Shown here: positions 55,580 to 64,000 of the stretch, one piece after another
How the letters are laid out: each line of letters starts with the position of its first letter
Position numbering within the stretch: the stretch's first letter is position 1
DNA from: Strigamia acuminata
Taxonomy: Eukaryota
Assembly (NCBI GenBank): GCA_949358305.1
Contig: OX442314.1
Coordinates: 7,688,001 to 7,752,000 of the forward strand
Direction of reading: 5' to 3'
DNA length: 64,000 nt
Notes under the pieces: model-generated
What the model was told of the DNA's origin: nothing
The model's input: only the letters and a program-made list of their open reading frames with translations
The model's database searches: none
Made by a program: the position numbers and the translations under genes

Positions 55580-56152
55580 CAAATCAAATATTTTGCATTT
55601 AAATTAAATGTAGTCAAATAACTGCAACTTCATAGATTGGATTTTCTTTGAAATAAGAAATTGTATACCACATCTGGTTAATTATTCATGGTTAGATGAT
55701 AAAATAGAATAATTAATCAAATATTTTGAATTTAGATTAAACTTATTCAAGAAACTGCAACTCCGTAGATTAGATTTTCTTTGAAATTAGAAATTCTATA
55801 CCACATCTGGTAAATTATTCATGGTTAGATTATAATACAGAATAATTAATCAAATATTTTGCATTTTGATTAAACTTATTCAAGAAACTGCAACTTCATA
55901 AATTGGATTTTCTTTGAAATTAGAAATTGTACACCGCATCTGGTAAATTATTCATGGTTAGATTATAATAGAAGATAGAAAATATAGAAAAACCTATTGA
56001 AACTACATTTCAATAGATCTGATTTTTTTTGGAAATAAAAAATTATGCAGTTACTTGGTGTCTGATCACTTTAGTGGCACTGTCGAGGTCACCAACTGAA
56101 GAAACGGTAAGTCTTTCTGACGTATTATTAGAGACAAATATAGCTGTGATAA
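55580..56152. repeat. ~133-bp minisatellite (about 3 units) plus tail; copy of 7960-8652
   Basis: Same unit and tail sequence. Confidence 0.85.
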
Positions 56153-56744
56153 AATAGACATCTGCCATATTTCTTGCCTGTATTAAACTGGGTTTCATAA
56201 ACTTGGGCAGAAGTGGGGCCTAACTAGGGGTAGGTCCCCAGAAAGAAAGCAAGTCCACCCAGCTATGGTTTTGGGTGTCGACTAAAGTCTTTTATTATAA
56301 TCGAAAAGTGGCGGGTTGCCTAGGAAAACCTTCTAGGCAGTTGTTATGTATCGACCCCAACAATTGTACGGTTGCCTGGGAAAACCTTCTAGGCAACCAT
56401 ACAATTGTTGGGGCCGATACACAACAACTGTTGAATTAAATTTACATTAATCATTAGTTGTGGGCAGTGTTGTTTAACTAACGTTTCTGGTGCAGATTTT
56501 TCCGTTCTTTCGTGTGGTGTTTAGTTTTTGACAATCCGAGCTTTGGTTTTCGAGATATTTGCGATTTTAATCAAATTTTCTCTCAATTAGCCAAGTTTGA
56601 TTGCACTAGTCATTCCTGAATTTAAGATTTTATGGCACTTTTGTGGATTTCTTCAGATGAATCAGTATGAGATCGCATATGATTTTACAAGATTTTGCAG
56701 GATTTTGTTAGATTTTGTGAATTTTTAAGAGATTTTGGTTACCG

Positions 56745-56950
56745 TATATTTTGTGAGATTTTGTAGCATTGTGTGAAATTTTGCTACATTTTGTAAAATT
56801 TTGCTACATTTTGTAAAATTTTGCTACATTTTGTAAGATTTTGCTTTATTTTGTTAGATTTTGTGAGATTTTGCTACATTCTGTGAGATTTTGCTACATC
56901 CTGTGAGATTTTGCTACATTTGGTGAGATTTTGCTACATTATGAGATTTT
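56745..56950. repeat. 20-bp minisatellite (GATTTTGCTACATTTTGTGA-like)
   Basis: About 9-10 degenerate units. Confidence 0.85.
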
Positions 56951-57244
56951 ATTTAAAGTATATGATACCAAAAAAGTGATACAGGTACAGTACCACTACC
57001 ACAAAATGTGGTACTCTTTGATACAGCGATGCGTTCGATGAAAATTTACTGTATAAAAAAGCTGTCAATTCTGAACTCAGCACTGGCAGACACTAGATAA
57101 ATGTTCTTTATCTTTTTAACACGACCAAACGCATAAAAAATCTCACAATATTTAATAATTACAAGTTGTTTCCATAATGTCAATTGCCCACACCAAAACT
57201 TTGTTAAAACTAATTTGAAATCTGTCCATTGCAGATAAAAAACA

Positions 57245-60200
57245 ATGCAGAATACTTCATTCATGAGAAGAAACAGGCGTTTGACAATTCAACGATTGTT
57301 GAAGGATGATGCAAACAAACTGAGATGCAATTTAATCGGATTTGATGATTTTATAAGTAGCAAACACCATGCGAACAAGCGTCGCATATTTTGGCTTCTT
57401 TTATTCATATTTTGCGCATGCATGCTCACTTATCAAACTTATGACAGAATAATGTATTACTTGAGTTATCCAACGGTAGTTGACGTAACGAGCAGTTCGG
57501 AAGACGTTACTTTACCAAACTTGATGATCTGCAATGCCAATACAAGAGAAATATCCCGCCTTTGGAAAAAAACTCATGGAAACGACCCACCTCCATCCGA
57601 CAAATGCAGTCTTTCGTTTCTAGTAATGCCTGCTCTAATGGTAAACCCAACTAACAATGTAGAAGAAATTTGGAAAGCGACTAATTTGACGAAAGAAGTA
57701 GTAAGCTTAAAAATAAAAGTAAAAAGATATGAATAAGTATTTTTTTTTATTTAAGAAAAATCCTAATTTCAACTCTTAATTATTTCATCAGGGAAAATCA
57801 AAATCTAACAAAACAGTTGCTCTGACGGAAACTAGCAGTCTATGGGGAATGTGCCCAACAATTAAATTTCGTAACTATAAACTAAAATTAGAGAGTTTGC
57901 GGGATGCATTTTTCCCTTACTATACGGTATGAAAATAGTGTAAGGGAAAAATGATAAATTAAGGTTTTGCGGGCTGCACTTTTCCCTTATCACTACACTA
58001 TTTCAGCCAACTACTGACAGTTAGTAATTTTGGGCCTAAAAATTCAATTTGGGGGCGTAAATGTGCAAATTTCTGCATAAAATTCCATTCTTCTGCCTAT
58101 AAAGTTTGGTTTTGGGCCTAAAATTCAATTTTGGGCATCACTTATCATTCAATCTACGTACCTATGATTGTAATGTGTTTGATCGGGACTACAAAATATG
58201 CGCCATTTGCAATGGGCAGAGCTAACAATATAGTATTCTTAATTCTGATTGGCTGCGCTACATTTTAATTTAGTGTTGAAAACGATACACTAAAGATTTT
58301 TCCCTTACGATATGGCACTAAAATAGTGTAACGTGGCACAAAATAAGGGAAAATGCATCCCGCAAACTCTCTATTTAGAACGATCTCCTTTAATAAACTT
58401 TATCATTCAATCATACAGCAAAAGCTTCTAGCGACTCATTTGTTGGACAAGAACTGACAGTAAAAATTGAAAAAAGTTCCGACTACATGTGTCCATCAGA
58501 ACCATTTTTTGTAATTTTAATAGTTAAAAGTTATGATTTGCATCCATTATTCAAAAATCTTTTTTACACAGGTTTTTCAAACCATTAATGATTTTGGAAG
58601 ACACTTTGGCGTAACAATGCAACTTCTTGGTGAAACAAAATCAATTTATCTGAGTTATAACAAAGTAAAAATATTTTTGTAGTATTTCTATGTATTTGTA
58701 TAATTTTATTTGTAATTTTTAGTTCAAATATCTTAATTCAACTGTAAATAAATGCTCGAGTGAAGATGAATTCAGAGAATGCTATCGAAGTTGTCTATTA
58801 AAAGAATATAAAAAAAAGCTAACATGCAGGTAAGATTACAATTAAAAAAATCATACAAAAAAAAAAATATTATTAAAAATCTTCTTTGCAAGATTTCCCT
58901 TCATGAAAATTGATTTACCGCTTTGCAAATGGTCGAAAAGTATATTCAAGCATTATTTGGATACAACTCAACTGATTGAAGCCACAAATCCAATGACTAC
59001 TTGTCAATGTCGACGTCTATGTCAACAAATAACTTATACCTCGTACATTGAATCAGGCATTGCAGATGACAATAAAACTATATCTATATCCTTAGCAATA
59101 ACTAATGAGAAAACTAGTGTGTATGAAGAACGATACACCTACGACATTATTGCTCTGATGTCGGATTTCGGAGGCAATCTGGGCCTGTTTCTGGGTCTAG
59201 CAGTCATCTCATTGCCTGAAATCATTTGGTATTTATATTATATTGCGACAAACTTTCACCCAAAAACACCCATTCATGATCTGTATGAGATATGCAAGAC
59301 GGAAGTTATTGCGACCGAAGAGGAAACTATTACAGACGGAGTGTTAAGAAAGGTTAAGTTTGCGCTGGTATTTATGATTGCAGGATTCACTTTTTATTAC
59401 TTGCAAATTCGTTTCAACTACTACAATGATGAACCGGTTACAACAATGGTTAGAATAGTTCAACGTGGATATACCGAGTATAAGTCAATCACGATCTGTG
59501 GTGAAATTCGAAATAAAGACATGGACGAAGCCAGATCACACTTACTGAAACACACCAACAAAACTTGCAATGAAATATCGCCCTGGCAATTGAAAACCAG
59601 CAAGTTTTCACTGGAAGAAATCTGGAAAACACTCAATGTCAACAAAACAATTCAGGTGCTAATAAAGGGGGTCCCCACACTTTTTTACAAAGATAATCTA
59701 TCCGGACCCACTTTATCCCCAGCGCATTGAATTTTTTCAGTGATACCGTTGAAGATATTGCTGCCCTTTCTTATTTGCATGTATTGTAACTGGGCACGGT
59801 CTTATCCCCCACGGTATGGGGATTTACCATAGCGGGAGAGACGCAGATTGTTGGGATTTGGCCTTTAATCGTTGTCGAGGGGTTGGGTCACCTATCTTAC
59901 TGCGTGGCTGTGCTGTTAGGCACGCTACACCGGCGTCCGACCCGTCACACACAGGGCCTAAGTCCCATGAGTGACGTGGTCGGTCGCGTTGGACGAACAT
60001 ACTGCCGTGCTTACCCGTACAACCCATGTAGCCGCTCATGGAGGCTGCTGCAGCAACATCTTCCTGCTACTAAGCGCTACAGTGGTGAATGATGAGAGCA
60101 GTAGAGTCAGCAGTTGTCTCTGCTGTGGTTGGGACCGTGGCAGCTCACTCTGGCAAGCCTTCTGCCTCAACTCTCTCAGCAACGTCTCTCTCTCACCACA

Positions 60201-63200
60201 CCACTCAGCTCCCTCCTCTCCTGTTAGGCCGGTCTACTCCTCCAAGAGAGGGACGGCTTGGGGCCACTACGCGATGTGTGTTGTGTGTGTCCAAACGCTC
60301 ACAGTATGGTTATTACTAAACATACAATGTATCCTTACATCCTGTAAAACCATCAATGGTAGCTCATGTCAATCAATTCGTGCTGAACACACTCTGTTCC
60401 ATCAAACAATCATAAGCTACGTAAAGCAGATTGGCTCGCTTATTTCATAAATTAAAGTTATAATTTAGGCCTTCCTGACAATTAACGTTGTCATAACTTG
60501 ACTTTAACTATAACTTGACCTTTTTTAAATGCACAAACACCCTCCCGCAAACTCCCTGGTAAACCCCATGTACAGCGTGATAGGTATGTACACTTGTGTT
60601 CAAAAAAACTGGACCCTTACTCTATGCTGGAAATTGAAATTGTGAGTTATACTTGTACGCAGGCAAAGCTATATGAGTATTATCACCTGTTGATGTCTGG
60701 TGTTTCACTTAGTGGCAAAATCGAAAATTACTCACAATTTCCATTTCCAGCATAGATTGAGGGTCCAGTTTGTTTGAACAGGGCTGTACCTCATGTCCAG
60801 CCTCCATGTAGCTGCTCATGGAAGCTGCAGGAACAGAGAGTATTATACATATGCACAGCCGTGCAAGCTTAATTATTCAGTTGTTAAATTATTTTTTCAG
60901 AGTTTTCAGGGCCAAGTGTTAAACATTTCAGTGAAACCTATTCCACTTCCTTTTGGCAATTGTTCACGAATAAACACAGGTAATTTACAAATTTTAATTT
61001 ATGCTAATTCACACATCATGTCACATTACAATAGTTCAGGGCTTAAAACTTTTGCCTTTTGCGACTCCTTTTCGTCGATGAAATTTTTACACAACTCCTG
61101 GTATGAAAGTACATAAACAAATCAAACATTTTTCCGACCCCCACATTCAGAGGCGGATTTAGATATTGCGAGGACCATATTGTTACGTGGCTTAAAAGAT
61201 GTAGCTAAGTCTAGGGCACGTCATCTAGCGCATAAATTTAATTCGCGAATTGATTTTGCGCGATAAACAAATACCACAACCCAATTTTAGCTACACACCC
61301 ACATGGCACACTAATACAACTCCATCATGCAAGGAAGAGGTGCGGGTTGTAGGATAGTGTAACATGACGGTATCACAAAATGTCACTCGGGTGGCACTAC
61401 CAGAAAGCCCTCCTTTATGGCTATTCCAAGAGTATGCTTGCAAATATATGTCTAATAGAATGTTGGGCAACAGCTTGTAAGGTGCGTCCAAAAAGTCTGT
61501 AGAATAACGAAAAATTTGAAAAAAATTAACTTCTAATATTTTGATTTAATTTTGCTTTTAGGATTATTAAATATACCACTCAAGTAATGTCTGATTAAAT
61601 TTTCAGACTGATTCAATAATATTTATTTAAAATATCAACAATAAATTAAAAAACAGGTGTCCAAAAAGTCTGTGGAATTTATGTTTATTCTTTCCCACGG
61701 TAGTGAGGTTATATTTAGAGTCAATAATATAGTATTTTTATGTTATTATACCTTTATTACAATGCTTTTTTGCATTTTGAAACATTTGGTAATTGTTTCA
61801 TCAACAATGCCAAACAAAAGAAAATTTACTGCTGATGAAGTGATAAAAATATGGAAAATGAAAGCTGGAAGACTTGCTACTCATGAAATTGCTAAGATAA
61901 TTGATAAATATAACTGGAATTTTATCAGTAAAAAGAAAACTAGCAATGTAAACCTCAATCAGGAAGACCAATAGTAACTACAAATCGAGCTGGTTGCAGA
62001 GTTCCACACTTGGCAACACACTGTTCACATTCAGTTCAGAAAATCTGTGATGTCTTTGAAGGAAACATTAGTAAAAATACTGTTAATAATCACCTTCAAG
62101 CTTTCCCAACGATAGTTTATAAAATAAATGGTCGAATGACCAACTTTGAAACCTCAACCTACTCAAGCCAAATTATAGTGGACAAGGTTTCAGATGACCT
62201 GGAACAATGAGTGGTGGACAATGATTTTAGTGATCAGAAGAAGTTGTAGCTTGATAGTCCTGATGGTTTGGCTTACTATTGGCATAAAATTTGAAAGGAA
62301 CCACCCCTTTTTCAGAGCCCAATAGAGTGGAGGGTCAGTAATGGCATGGGGAGCTTTTGCCTTCGTGGGAAGAACTTATGTAGCATTCGTTAGTGGCCGA
62401 CAGAAAACAGAAAATTTCTGATTTCTGAATCAGGAAACACTTCATGAGTTTTTGTTTCCTGTTGGGCAACGAATTTGGAGACACCTAATGAATATTTCAG
62501 CAGGATAATGCCATTATTCACAATTAAAATTCAACGAGAGCATCATTTTCAGAAAAAAATAATGCATCTATTGGAGTGGCCAGCCTGAAATCTTTACTAA
62601 AAACCATAGAAAATCTATGGAGAATAATGACCAGACAAGTTTATGCCAATAACAGACAATTTTCTACTATTGATGAACTAAAAATTGTGATTGACGGATA
62701 TTGGGGTAACATCTCTTCTAAAACGCTGGAAAAATTAATTGTGTTTATGGAAAATAGTGTTTTTGAAGTAACAAAACATAATGGAAAAATAATTGGTCCA
62801 TAAACAAACAATATTTCCAATTTATTGTTAAAGAAATTTGTTAATTGTTAAATTCCACAGACTTTTTGGACACCTGTTCTTTCATTTATTGTTGATATTT
62901 TAAATAAATATTATTGAATCAGTCTAAAAATTTAATCAGACATTACTTGATTGGTATATTTAATAATCCTAAAAGCAAAATTAAATCAAAATATTAGAAG
63001 TTAATTTTTTTCAAATTTTTTGTCATTCCACAGACTTTTTGGACGCACCTTATGTTGCATCGGTTTGTAGTGTTGAACAGTTTTCCTGTATGGCTTGCAA
63101 TCGCTTGCAATCGCAGTCTTTTGAGTGACGGCAATCGTAGATCACTTTCTGTCCCTCTGCAGTTACATATTTCCGCTGCGCATTGTCCATGTCTTCTCAG

Positions 63201-63499
63201 CTTTCACAAACGTGTGCGCTTCATCGTATGTCGGAACTTCTCCCATTGTAGACCCTCTTTCCAACGTTTCTTAGACCTTTTTTAAGTTGTACACCTTTTA
63301 CATAGCAGTGGAATTCTGCCACTTTACACTATTTTGGTACACACCTCCCAGTTACACCTTTGATACAAACAGTTGGTTTGTGTGAAAATTGATTTTTACC
63401 TTTCAAATGTTTTCAGAAAAATCGTTGGACATAAATGCTGTCCTTACAATTTCATTACAAAATCTGAAATCTTCAAAAGTATGTGACCAGCTTATGAAG
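57245..63499 (+). CDS. DEG/ENaC (pickpocket-like) gene 2, tandem two-subunit architecture, 3' end beyond window. Predicted exons: 57245-57718, 57792-57870, 58419-58510, 58572-58664, 58723-58829, 58893-59655, 60901-60979, 63417-63499
   Basis: Paralog of gene 1 with identical exon phases; no stop in the modelled exons; LMSDFGGNLGLFLGLA TM2 followed in frame by a second TM1 and YNDEPVTT. Confidence 0.85.
57891..58371. mobile_element. MITE with TA TSD in an intron of gene 2
   Basis: TIR GAGAGTTTGCGGGATGCATTTT(T)CCCTTA at both ends; absent from the matching short intron of gene 1. Confidence 0.88.
59785..60303. mobile_element. Solo LTR in an intron of gene 2
   Basis: TGTAAC...CTCACA with perfect 4-bp TSD GTAT; homologous to 5917-6504 and 48948-49479. 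Confidence 0.8.
60591..60786. mobile_element. Short MITE (TA TSD) in an intron of gene 2
   Basis: TIR ..TGTTCAAA.AAACTGGACCC / GGGTCCAGTTT.TTTGAACA; similar to 51554-51800. Confidence 0.65.
61480..63050 (+). mobile_element. Decayed Tc1/Tc3-like DNA transposon with ~200-bp IR/DR termini
   Basis: TA TSD; TIR AGGTGCGTCCAAAAAGTCTGT...; inner direct repeat TCCAAAAAGTCTGTGGAAT; broken transposase at about 61807-62803 (FSDQKK, DSPDG.AYYW, FQQDNA, IENLW). Confidence 0.9.
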
Positions 63500-64000
63500 G
63501 TACGAAAAACACCATTTATCACTTAATAAGACCTCCTTTCCAAAATTTCACAAACATAAAACTTATAACAAGTCAAAAGGCATAGACACAATTTTGAAGT
63601 GTGTACCTGTGAGGTTTGAAAAGACTTGTGGAACACATGGCAAGAGTTAAACTAAACTTGTATTTACACTCAAAATCTACAGCAGACAAAATCTGTTTTG
63701 TGTAAAAGTCAATTTGACATCTAGATGGCTGTGGAAGCCCCCTCCCCACGAAAGTAATGGAATTTTGTGCCGCATAAAAAAAATTTTAAAAAAATTTAAT
63801 TTTTAATTTTTATGGTCCCAAAAGTGGTTTAGGTGCCATTCAAGGCCCCTAAAACACTTTTAATTAAAAATACAAAATTTTAATTTTAATTTAAAATTTT
63901 TAAAATTATTTTGATGATCTTCCAAAGGGGTGGCCATGGATAATTTTGGGCTAGAGCTAGATGCGTTCGCACCAAGAACCAGAACTAGATTTAAACTTTG

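Overview
AT-rich eukaryotic, probably arthropod, genomic DNA with short GT-AG introns. Bases 1-48.3 kb are dominated by young LTR retrotransposons. Gypsy-A (5' part only, 1-3213, minus) and Gypsy-D (34047-48301, minus, full length) belong to one family. Gypsy-B (8699-33676, minus) has two intact Copia elements nested in it: Copia-1 (9557-15806, minus) and Copia-2 (23593-29525, plus). Both Copia polyproteins carry a methyl-CpG-binding (MBD)-like domain after integrase. Gypsy-B and Gypsy-D both show A-AAA-AAC plus hairpin -1 frameshift signals. Each also has a third, non-env gene downstream of pol that appears to contain an intron. The Gypsy-A/D LTR holds a duplicated RNA structure with compensatory base changes. 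From 49.5 kb there are two tandem paralogous DEG/ENaC (pickpocket-like) genes, each fusing two channel subunits in one polypeptide. The first has a probable premature stop and the second runs off the window. Solo LTRs, MITEs, Mutator-like foldback elements, a decayed Tc1/Tc3-like transposon, a tRNA-Ser-derived remnant and minisatellites are scattered between them. All calls come from reading the sequence by eye; no searches were run.
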